Of a stretch of DNA of 64,000 nucleotides, positions 1 to 11,405 are shown piece after piece (position 1 is the stretch's first letter; every line of letters starts with the position of its first letter). The stretch covers positions 8,922,239 to 8,986,238 of the forward strand of contig MU058636.1 of NCBI GenBank assembly GCA_013265495.1, given 5' to 3'. The notes under the pieces were generated by a model. It did not search any database and had not been told where the DNA came from. It worked only from the letters and a program-made list of their open reading frames with translations. This DNA comes from Vicugna vicugna (Eukaryota). The position numbers and the translations under genes are program-made.

Positions 1-761
1 AAAAAAAAGGGGTGGGGAGATGAATAGATGTATTTGAAGCCTGTGTCTAATCAATAACAGGACATCAAAACCCAAGAGAAATAGAAATGAATTAAGAAGT
101 AAAAATTAAGAGAGTAATTGAAAATAGAACAGGTAAAAACAGATTTAAAAACAAAACAAAAACAAAAAAAAAACAAAAAACAAAACAAAAAAAAAGGGGT
201 TGTCGGTGTTCTCCTGGAGTCTGTATGCTTTTAATGTGAAGTCCTTCTGTCTTCGTCCTGTTTTGGAAGCTCAGCTTGTTCTCATAGGCCCTCCGTTGGC
301 GCCCTCTTCTGTGCTGCTCCCAGCACCTGTCTGCAAGCCGATCGCGCCTCCTCCTAACACGGGGTCAGATGCAGCTCTCCTCTGCTGTGGGCGGGCGGGT
401 CACTGCCCCTCCGGATGCCGCAGTCAGATGTTGCAGACTGGCCAGGCAGGAGGGCGGGTCGTGCCCCCTCCCAGCACCTCGGTCAGGGGCTGTGTTCCTG
501 CCCGACAGGCGGGGGGCCGCTCTCCCGCTGCCTGCGCCCCGGTAGCTCCGCTGCTCTGTGCGGCTGTGCGCTCCGCCCTGGCCGCACTCCGCTGGTGGGC
601 AGATTTTTGGCGTCTTTATCTTTTGAAGAGGGCGATGTTCTGTCGGAGTTCCGCAGGTGCTCTGGTTGGCTGAGTGGGTCTGTAGATGTGGATCTTGGTG
701 TATTTGTGGGAGAGGGTGACTTACAGGCGTCCTTCTACTCCGCCATCTTGCCTCTTCCCCC
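1..761 (-). mobile_element. Young LINE-1 5' UTR with intact 5' terminus; element continues beyond the left edge of the window
   Basis: Minus strand begins GGGGGAAGAGGCAAGATGGCGGAGTAG, a typical L1 5' end with a YY1 core (CGCCATCTT at 741-749 on +). This is followed by a CpG-rich internal promoter (~270-760) and the T-rich UTR segment (A-rich on + at 1-195). Confidence 0.85.
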
Positions 762-789
762 ATTTCTACTGCTTTCTGTTCACGTTAAA

Positions 790-1810
790 TGATCCTTACT
801 TCTGCAATGTCTAAATGCCTTTTGCCTCTGTATTTTTCTTTTCAGATTTTTCTTTTCAGATTTTTCTTTGCCTCTGTATTTTCCATCCCTAAATATTCCA
901 CTTGGGAGCATTTTTACTTTCCCTTTCTCTCCTTATTGTGCTCATGTTTTTTTCTCTACTTTCTTGAAGAATAATGGCCATAGATTTAATAATCACTTTG
1001 ACATTCTGCTGCTTCTATTATCTATCTCTTTTATTGCTGGAGCAATTTTGATTGATTGATTTTTCTCTTGATTGAAAGTCATACTTTCCTACGTATTTAC
1101 GTGGTTCATAATTTTTTTGCTGGATGCCAGAGATGATGAATTTTGGGGTTTTGGTCACTGGATTTGTTGTATTTACTTAAACACTGCTTGACTTTGTTCT
1201 GGCACTCTCTTAAGTTTCTTGGAATCAGTCGGACCCTTTCAAATTTCATTAAAGCTTCCTTCAGTAGATCTAGAGAAGCCTTTAGTCTAAAGCTGATTTT
1301 ACCTAACGACTAAGGAGCTACCTTTCACAGGAGTCTGTCCTGGGCCTCAGGTGAACCAAACTGATGAGAACACAGTCAATCCTCAGTTCTGTTAAGCTCT
1401 AGCTTCTTCTTCCTAATGATTCTTCCCCTTGTCTTGTGCAGTTTCTTCTAACATTTGTTTATCTGAATCCTCAGCCGAAGACTCTGGGGCCTCAGTGCAG
1501 ATCTTTCGAGGGCTCCCTGCCCTCTCTGTTCATCTCTCTCTTACCTCATTGTCCACCCAAGGTCTAGCAGCTCACTCTCTGTAAACTGTGACTCTCTGTG
1601 CCCTTAACTTGGAGGGACACCTGAGTTCTGTTTGACTCTCTCCTCTTGATACTTCAAGCTCAGTGACAGGCTCACATCAGTTGTTACTCTTTGATCACGG
1701 TCCCACTCTTGTGCTACCCACAGTTTCCGATACTTTGCATATTTTTTATGCACATGTAAGAAGGGAGAATAAACCAGGGTCTTGTTACCCCATCACAACC
1801 AGAGTGGAAG
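790..1810 (-). mobile_element. Old L1M (L1MC/MD-like) 5' region relic
   Basis: Degenerate T-rich sequence ending ...ccagggtcttgttaccccatcacaaccagagtggaag, resembling the antisense 5' end of old L1M subfamilies. Confidence 0.55.
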
Positions 1811-1999
1811 TTTTAGAATGCTGTTTTGGTAAGTGCAGAGAAGTCCTTATTACTGCAATACTGTCTGCAATTACATATGTACATATTAATTTTCTATGAT
1901 TTTTGCTACTTTCTTTCAGGGTCATCAGTTGTGAGTATGTTCCCTTTTTTAATATTTCATATCTAACTATATTTTATTTTTTAAAAAATCATTGCTTAT

Positions 2000-2960
2000 G
2001 TATCAATATTATTCTCTCATCCATGTTCCTCATCATAGTTTTTCACAATTTCTGTTCTCATATGTGCTGCTTCAGATAAGGCTTTAATTTTTCTTATTAA
2101 TTTCTTTTCTGTTTCTCTCAAACTCTGCTAGCATATTGTATTTTATCTCCTTCTTTTGTTGCACTCTATCATCCGTGAGCTTTTGTATCTTTTGAAAAAA
2201 CATTTCTTTGAATTCATGGAACTACTGAAACACAACAAAATATAAAATAAAATATAAAAATAGTTGATCATTATTTTTATCTGCTCAGTAAAAAACGTGT
2301 TCCTAGTCAGGTGCCCTGCTTCCGCCATGTATGTTTCTGTTCTGTGCTTCCATTCTTCCTTTTTGCAGGGCATTATTCTGTATGTCATGTACACACATAA
2401 TTTTAAAATGATACCACTCATTTCTGGTGTTTATAGGAGCTTCATATGAAAAAGGGCTTGGTAAGAATTTCTCCCAACCACTGAAGAGTGTTTGGATGCA
2501 GAGCTGTGTATGTGTGTGAGTTCTTGTAACCTTTGTTTCTTCCCAGCTAACCGAAACTGACAACTGCTCGCATTTCAGAGTCCCACTTCTCTGCTCTGCC
2601 TTATCAAACAATTGATTTCTGCCAGATGGCATATCTGATTGTCCTCATTCAATCCTGCCTTCCTTGTTACATGGTTGGTTCCAAAAATGGTTCTAGGAAA
2701 CACATACAATCAGTCTGTGCATTCTTTTCTCTTTGTTCCAAGTAAGTAGTTATTGATTTTCTACAAACTTTAAATAAGAATGTTTTCCTTGTTTGCTCTT
2801 ACATTTGTCTCTGCAGACATACTCTCTAAGCATTTTCTGTACTCCTGTTTGATATTCACACTTTGGTAGTTTGGAGAAACAGTTATCTCATAGGTTTTCA
2901 ATAATAAAATATATTTATTTTTCCCATTATCCTTACTGTTTTGGAAGATGTTCAAAATAA
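2000..2960 (-). mobile_element. Very old L1ME/HAL1-like relic
   Basis: T-rich degenerate antisense LINE-like texture; family uncertain. Confidence 0.3.
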
Positions 2961-5279
2961 AATGATTTAGAGATGCCTTTACTCCAACATTTTAATATTA
3001 CAATTCAAATTCTGCTTTAAAATTATAAATGCTTGAAAACCTTAGTGCTAAACATCAACAAACATAACAAACTGACCATAAATCACTGTGAAAAAGAAAT
3101 GTAGTTAAAACGCACTACAAACAGTCAGATTTCCTATCATTTTACTGTTGGTTGCCATTTGTTGATTATGATGACTGAATATACAATGATACATCTCTAG
3201 GTGAAAAAAATGCATATCTAGGTGAAAGCAAAAATCAAGACTGGAAAAAAATATCAGTCAAATCCATTGATCAGTGTTTAAATCTTCTCTGCAACATCAA
3301 TGCCAATTAACTATCCAGTTCACTTCTAGTAAAGAGAGCTCTCAAAGTTATAAATCTACCCATTCTATCTTAGGAAAACCTTGTTATAACACTGGTATTA
3401 ATCACCGTTCTTGGATTTTTGAGCATCTCAACTTTTCCCTAAAGAGCATCTTTAAATTTAAAATCTTTAGCCTACTTTGTAAGCGTCACTGCTCTCAAAG
3501 TGGTGCCCCTGGTTTAAACCATTTCCTGATACCATTTTGGCCGGAAGATATTTGCATCTCTCTGCATGTGGCTCAGCAAAGGATTGAGGTAGAAGGGAGA
3601 AGGATATGTGACAAAGGCATATTCAGTGGTTCTAGATAAGGAGCTCATTATCATATTTAAATTTGTAATGAAACTGCATTCCTTGGCCCTTATGAGCCCA
3701 CTTATTTAGAAATTGATGTTTGCATTTTATTCTTTCTATAGGATATAATGTTAGAGAATCAATATCTATATGTTGGCATAGGCTCTTTGTTGTCCCTTTG
3801 ACTTAATATATATGATCTAAGAAAAACAGTGATTTGGAGTATAAGAATGCTGGTTACACACATGTATTTTATTTTAAAACAGAACTTGAAAAGCCCAGAT
3901 AGCAAATTATACATAACATGCCTATAAATGGGTGTTTGGTTTAATAAATACGGATGAGGAAGAGTCTATTGTGTTTATTCTTTTTCCCTCAACAATTTTG
4001 AATTCAGAGAAAAGCAATAGCTGAGCACTGAACATTTTCAAAAGCAACCTTTTATGTCAAAAGATGAGTTAATTTCTGTGTACACATGTTTACTTGGCCA
4101 AGTACTGAAAATTTTGCTTTTGGTTTGAAATAACTAATTTCTTTGAATCAAGATCTGGGTCTCAATGCACAAAAATCGAAACATGGGATGATCTTGTTGT
4201 TATCTGGTGATGGATGGCCACGGATATTTTCTGATAGTATTGTGCAGAACAGCAAAGCTATACCAATCAAACACTTTATGTATCTCCAGAATTCTCCAAG
4301 TTCATGCTCTAGTGAAGTGATTTTTTTTTTTCCCTACAGGAGCAAGAAATAAAGCCCCCATTTGCCAGAAACAAAACTCTCCGACTTTGGGTCAATCACA
4401 CAGTTTCTTTGGGTCTTGATTTGTTCATTTGTTAAAGGAGGTGTTTAATCTTTAGCACACAGTTCCAAATTTTAATTATGTGATATGTTTGCTAACCAAG
4501 TAAACATAGCATTCAATATTTCAAAAATGGGGGAGGGAGCGATTAAGGAAGTGCAACCCCAAGGAGTAGAGGGAGAAAAAGGAAATGGGTCTAGGAAGTA
4601 ATACCAGGTGGTAATATGACGTGGTCCTGTGCTTGTTGCTGCCTCACAAGGAGCTGTAGAAAGACACAGCCATGCAACCAGCAGGGGCACCTGCTCTTAG
4701 CTCTTAGCTAAGAGCTCAGGGATGTGGGGCGTCTCTACAAGGTCTGCCTCAAAACAAACCATTGCAAGGAAGAAGGAGAAGGGATTTAACGGTCCCCTTC
4801 GAATTCCTTTCTGCCATTTGTTAAAGTTGGCTCTAAGGGAAGATAATTACCCTGGACTTCTGGGTTTCCATCATCCAGTCCTTCACAAGCTGCTCAGGAA
4901 GCCAAATCCTGCACCTGTGATGTGGCAGTTCATCCAAGTCAGAATAAAATGGAGCAGCCAAGGGCTGTGGGAGGGGCAGCACCTTCTGGGCCCACAGAGT
5001 GTGAATCTACCAGGGCAACAACTGGAGTGGGCTGAGAGCCTGAGGTTCTTGCAAACACATCAAGTCAAGAGACTCTGAGGAGGCTTGTATGGTGGACCAA
5101 CCCCACAGGCCCTCAATCTATACTTTGTTTATCGATGATTGGCTGTTAAGGAAATATAGGCCATGCGAAGAATACATTTCACATTGATCTTTTTTCTAAA
5201 TATGTGGAAAGTTATGTCATATCCTGATTGTGCTATGAATATCTTATTAGCAAAAAAAAAATCTGTTTTGTGCAAGTTA

Positions 5280-5438
5280 AATTTAAGACATCTTTTGGAT
5301 ATCAAAGTGGTGACGTTAGGGATGAAGTTATATATATAAGAATTTGGAGCTTAAGGGAGAAATTTGAATTGCAGATATAAATTTAGGTGCCATTGGCATA
5401 TAGATACTATTTAAAACCATGGACCTAGATAAATATAC
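5280..5438 (-). mobile_element. L2 fragment
   Basis: gcagatataaatttaggtgccattggcatatagatactatttaaaaccatgg matches the recalled antisense L2 consensus. Confidence 0.6.
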
Positions 5439-5984
5439 TGTTGGGACTCAGGACGGGCCACCCCCAAATATGTCCAATGGCATATTAATTATTTTGAAAT
5501 TAAGTTACTTAAGAAATGGACAATGCACAAAGGACATTCTGACCCTCCTGTCTGTCTCCTTGAAAGCAGAAAACAAATCTCTCATGTGAAAGGTACAGTC
5601 CCAGAATCTGGAGATAGAAAGTTACCCATATCACCAGAGATAGAGAATTTGGCTGCAAAGTCCATAAAAACAAAGTGTGTTATTTGGTTGATTTGCTACC
5701 CCAAGGTCAAACTCTGGTTAGATTCTTCACTAATTGAGCACCCAAAGCCTATGTTTTTTGTCCTGTCAATTCCTCACAAATTTGTTATTTTTTTTTTGTC
5801 TAGAAAGTATAAAAACTGCCTGCTTTGACCACATCTTCGGTCTCATTTCTATGAGCCCTCCATGTGCATGAATTAACGTTTGTTTCTTTTTCTCCTGTTT
5901 ATCTGTCTTGTGTCAATTTTATTATTAGTACAGCCACAAGAATTCAACAAGGATCGAGGGGAAAAAATAGCCCCCTCCCTGATC
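5439..5984 (+). mobile_element. ERV1 solo LTR, MER34/MER39 family
   Basis: Starts TGTTGGGACTCAGG..CCACCCCCAAATATG..GGCATATTAATTATTTTG; has a TATAAAA-like box near 5808; possible 4-bp TSD ATAC/ATGC. Confidence 0.75.
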
Positions 5985-5999
5985 ATGCCTTTAAGTTAC

Positions 6000-6125
6000 T
6001 ATACAATTAATCATGTTTATTGCTTATTTTCTTTCTTCAGTACAAGATATTTGAAGAAGGAATATGCCTGTTTGGTTCACCTATGTGTTCCAAGGGTTTA
6101 GGACAGTGCTGAGCCTCAAAATATA
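6000..6125 (+). mobile_element. L2 3' end fragment
   Basis: tgcctgtttggttcacctatgtgttccaagggtttaggacagtgctg resembles the L2 3' terminus. Confidence 0.5.
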
Positions 6126-8290
6126 CCTCAAAATTTTCTTGATTGGACAAAGGTTATGCCTTGAGAGAAGGGAGGGAGAAAGCCATGCTGGAGATTTGAG
6201 CAGCGAGAATTTAGGAAGTGATGTTCTGTCAAGTTGGACAGTATCTTGGGGAAGTTTCAAATTGCAAGAGAAGGCAAGGAGCTGAGATTTGTGATAATTT
6301 GATGTGAGTCCATGCAGTGTGGCTCTCTTTTCTCCAGCGGCATTGGGATACACTGTTAGAGGAGCAGAATGTACAAAGAGCTCTGTTCAATGAAGGTAGA
6401 AGCTTCAAAGTGATTAAAACAGGCTGGAGAGAGGGAAATGAGATGAGTTTCATGACGATTCTTAGCCAGCAAAAAACCCTTGTCTGGGGAGGGGTGAAAG
6501 ACAATGAACAGTAATAGGATAATCAGACTGGAGATCCTGAAAGATGACAGATTGTTTAAATGTAGGGTTAGGAGGACTTAGTCTAGTTCAAGAGCTAGGA
6601 AGATGAAAAATTACTGATCTGAGAGCGGAATGGTTAAACCCTGTAATTCTGGGTGCGATGTGATTATTGTGCTGAGGTGAGGTGCAGGAAGAAATGTCTG
6701 GAAGCAAGATCAAGGAGCTGGAATCTCTACCTGGAGCTCAAGTTCCAGATAATACATAATTGCTACTAATAAGAATGCTCTGGTGGCCCCATGATGTTCA
6801 ACAAAATGCTGTAAATCTGATTGCAGACAGCTGATCAAACGTGCACTTTCACATACAGCACAGCTTGTCCCCAGAGCACATAGTAATTACAAAGCAGAAT
6901 GCCAGTGTGGGCTCTGTTTGCAGAGTCCCGAGACAGGATTCTCTTTTAGACGCCAGAAGGGAGAAAATTAAACTCATCGTTCTATTGTAGCTAGAATTTC
7001 ATCTAATTAAATTAAAGAACAGATTGAATAGTTTAACATATTTCAACATTCATATGGCACTGAAAATCCTTGGTTGGCAGCTGTTGTAAATCAGCAGGAA
7101 ATCAGGGGAAAGCAGGAATGAAATGAATATTTAGAAATGGAAGTAGCAGGCAGCGCTCTTTCTAGAACGCCCTTTACTGCTTACATGGCATTACTCGTGA
7201 TTAAGACATGAATTTAATGTCATCAATATATTATCAAAACATAATAGTAATTAAAAGATCATGAGTTTTAATATCTCCCCACTTAAACTTTTATTTATCA
7301 ACTTTTCAATTTTAATGAGCTGAACACATAAAAGAAAGAAGCATATATCTTGAGCTCTACATCTCTCTCCTCCTCCATTAAATTCCAAAAATATAAACAA
7401 CATTGTTATGAACACCACACCCATACAACATCCAAATATGGTTTGAGACATGTAGCACAAAAATGGCTTTGACATTAAGGATCCTAACTTATACATAGAC
7501 GCACAGTTACATAATTCCCAGGAATCTGAAGTGAGCTAAATCCTTGATATTTCACAACTTAGCATGTTTTGTGTGAAAATTCTCATAAATGCTCAGAAGC
7601 AGAAAGCATTGTGTGATGAACTCCCATACACTCATAATCCTGATTTGATAATTATCAAAATTTTACTACAATTTTATTTATTTTATTCTTTGAAATTTTT
7701 ATTGAATTTTTTTGAAGAAAATGTCAAATACCTTATCATTTCCTTCCTACCTAGTTCACAATTATGTAGCTTGAGATTCTAGTATTATAAAGTGTATTTA
7801 GTAGTTTTTTCAAAACTTTGCCCCCAAAAAGCTTTGTACATGATTTGAGGCTTTCCTCTTTTCTACTATAAGTATTTAGTTCTACAAATTTTCCTTTCAC
7901 ACTTTAGCTGTTTCAATCCAAGAAATGTTGAAAAGGGAGAAGTAAAAGAGCTACCATATAATAATATGATCTTTCCTCTTTCTTGAACTTGGGATTTGCA
8001 GAAACTGGAGTATTTGCTTGCTTTCCAGCAAATGATGCTGTCAGATACTCTTCCTCCTCTTTCTGCTGTCGTCAACTTTCTCTGCCTCTGGATTTGGTAT
8101 ACAAACCATTTTTATTACATTAGTCACTTAGAACTTGGTTTTGTACTCCTTACAGTTACTGATGAGTGAAAAAGTATTTCTAATGAAAGTTTTTCTCTCA
8201 TTTCAAAAAACAGAAGATCACATTAACAGTTATCATGTCCATAAGTATCCATATTTTAGGTCCAAAGAAGAAGTGTTACAAAATGTTGGG

Positions 8291-8728
8291 TGTATTAGTC
8301 AGGGTTCTCCAGAGAAACAGACCAATAGCGTATAAGATATAAGAGGAGATTCATTATGGAGAATGACTCATGCAACATGGAAGCCAAGATGTACCACAAA
8401 TGCTAACTGCAAGCTGGAGAACCAGGAAAGCCAGCAGTGTAGAAAGCCTGGGACCCAGGAGGGCTGCAAGTGTTAGTTCCAAACCCTTCAAGGGTAGAAG
8501 GAGGTGAATGTCCCAGCTCAAGAAAAGGCAGAATTAATCCTTTCCCTGTCTTTTTGTTCTATCTTGGCCCTCAGTGGATTGAATCACGCCCACCCACATC
8601 AGTGACTGATTCAAATGATAATCTTTTCCAGAAACACCCTTATAGACACACTCAGAAAGAATGTTTTTGCCCTCTCTCTGGTCTTCCCTTAGTTCAGTGA
8701 AGTTGACACAGAAAATTAACCAGTCACA
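8291..8728 (-). mobile_element. MLT2 (ERVL) solo LTR
   Basis: TGTATTAGTCAGGGTTCTCCAGAGAAACAGA at the start and AAGTTGACACAGAAAATTAACCAGTCACA at the end are MLT2 termini. Confidence 0.85.
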
Positions 8729-11282
8729 TTACAAAATTCAGTCCAATTGCAAATCTTTCTTTTAAGATATTTTAAACTATAAATATATCATTAAACAAAC
8801 ATGTTGCAATTGATGCTCAGTCATTGGTTCTGATGAAATACGAGAAATAAATATTATAAAATCTATTTACTTGTAATACCTAAAAAAAAGGAACATTCAT
8901 CTTTCTAGCTTGAATTTAAATGAAAGCTTATCAAAAAGGAAGTAAGTTAGACAGTATCTGATGGATTCTTGGAGGAGCCTTTCAGCTTAGTGACTTACAG
9001 GACTGGTAAAGGGCTGTATTTCTGATTTTATTACCCAAAGTTTGGCTGCCTTAATCATTCCAACATAAGCGCACAAGAAGAACACATAATTCTAGTAATG
9101 ATTATCATTCAGTGTGTTTTTAACTCCTTATATTTCTAATCTGAATTTGGATCCTTTGTATAATTCACCGAGGCCAATTTATTTGCACTTTATCCAAATG
9201 GATTTACTTTTATCCTTTCAACTCTTGACATTTTAGTGAATGTTGACTCCGAAGTCGGTAAATATTAGCAAGTACTTTGCTTCAATCCAGGTGCTAAGGC
9301 TTACAGTGAGAGAGGAATTCCTGAACCCTGATTTTCTTTAGTCTCTTATTCCCAAGTTAAAAAAAAAGAAGAAGAAGAAGGTCTTTTGAAGTGAGGTTCT
9401 TTAGTTTAAAAAGTTAGCCTTGACAATAGAAAGCCACAGCGAAGACCTCTGACTTGGCCGATGGGCTCTCGCTGTGAACTTGACTGATGGTTCAGACTTT
9501 GGAAGAGCAGAAGCTCCCCCACGACTTAGCCTCCTACTCAGTCAGCACGTTGTCCACAGGATCGTTCCTGTTTATTTTCTCATCCAGCTCATCCTTTCCA
9601 TCACCAATTACATCCACCTGGATGAATCACAAGCTTATAATTTTCTTTTGCTTGGCCCTTAAAGGCACCTTAGGAATTCTTCGTCTCTACACCTGTACTT
9701 TTCATAGAATATAAATGGACTTTGGAGTCTATAAATAATCCAATCAACACTAAACACCACCTTCAACCGCTGACAAGCTGCTGTTCACCAGGTACTCATA
9801 CTGTGCCTTCATGCTGGTTGCATCAGCAAATCTTTTTTTCTCTTTTAAGTGACTCAGTATATATCCTTTGTGCTGCTTGCTCTAAAGTTTTGAAAAAGAA
9901 AAGAAAAATAAAAGATTCTGCCCACTAATCCTTTCAAAGCAGCACCAGATAATACATTTTACTTAGTTAATGGAGAGCATTGAAGTAGCTACGCAGTTAT
10001 AATGGGGATATTGTTTTTAATCCCAGTCGTTTGTATAAGAACATTGTTCATATATGCTTTATGTGTGCTTTCTTAAAGTTTTTATGACCCATAACAACTT
10101 TTAGTAGTATTGTATGAAATACTGGCATTTGTTTTTTATTTTTGTATGAAACACTGGTACTCTGTTTAATTTAGCTTAAGTGAAAAATCACATGAAAGAT
10201 GGAATTGTTTAATGGAAAAACATTATTGAGCATCAAACATGTCGTTCATTTTAAACTCCTTTATGAGAAGTCCTACATGTTCCTAATTGGAAAACTTTCA
10301 ATGCATAGCAGAGATAAATCAAAATTTCTAGAGGAGAAAAAACAAAGAGGAATTATATGCATCATTCATGAAAACTGAGGAAATTGTCCTTCAAGTACTT
10401 TGAATTTTGACAAATATTTGCTAGATAATATTCTAAAATACTGCAATTAGAAGTACGAGCAAATAACTTACTATACCTCTTATGTAAAACTGAGAAAGTG
10501 CATGATTTCTGACTTTGACTTGCTATTTTAAGAAATTATTTTAAGGTGTATTAACTAAAATGAATATGAATATAGATTATATATGGAAATGTGTTTATAG
10601 TTTTTTAAAGTAACAATTAATTTTATTCCACACTTATAAATCTTCTCTCTCCTAAAACATAGGAAATGGGTGAATAGTATGGTTTCTAAATTCTGTCAGA
10701 ATTTCCCAAGGCAATAGAGAAGATATTCCCATTGCTTAAGAAGGAAGCACTTGGTATATTTTGTTTGCTCAGAGGAAATGTTTCTATATGAGAAAACACA
10801 ATGTTGCCATGGTAATACATCAAAAAATCATTTAATAAATGCAGGATGACATAAAACCTATCCTGTTTTAAAAAATAGTTCAGATTTTTAAAGCATATGC
10901 AGAAACTTTATTTTTGAAAAGTCTTTGTAAACAAACAGTTTAATAAATGAAAATCAATATTTGATTTGATTACATTTCAAATTTATAGAAAGAAAACTCA
11001 TTGAATTTCAAGTCAGTCTCTTTATTTCCTTTTAGTATATTTATTAACATTGGAAAATACTGGTATTTTGTGGGTAGTGTGAAGGGCTCACATTTTACGG
11101 GTCTGTGGAGAAATATCAGAGAATGTATAAATACAATATGAAATCCGTTCAATCCAGGTATTGGTGGCTTTCTTTTTGGTGTTTTCTTCATCTAAAATGA
11201 GCATTATGTAGTTGACTCCCTTATTTTCCTAAGCCCTTAGCTGGCGGGGTGAAAGGTAACCATTCAGTGGGTGAGCAGGTAT

Positions 11283-11405
11283 CAATCTTTAATGAAAAAG
11301 GATATGAAAATGAGTATACGCATGTATATGCATGAATGGGACACTGTGCTGTACGCCAGAAACTGACACATTGTAACTGACTGTACTTCAATTAAAAAAG
11401 AAAAA
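11283..11405 (+). mobile_element. Short 5'-truncated young L1 3' end
   Basis: tgcatgaatgggacactgtgctgtacgccagaaactgacacattgtaactgactgtacttcaattaaaaaa; near-identical to the copy at 59240-59446. Confidence 0.85.

Noticed and set aside
200..763. Overlapping 125-157 aa ORFs on both strands as protein-coding genes
   Set aside because: They lie in the GC-rich L1 5' UTR; 200-673 starts at TTG; low-complexity P/A/R/G composition and no recognisable domain.
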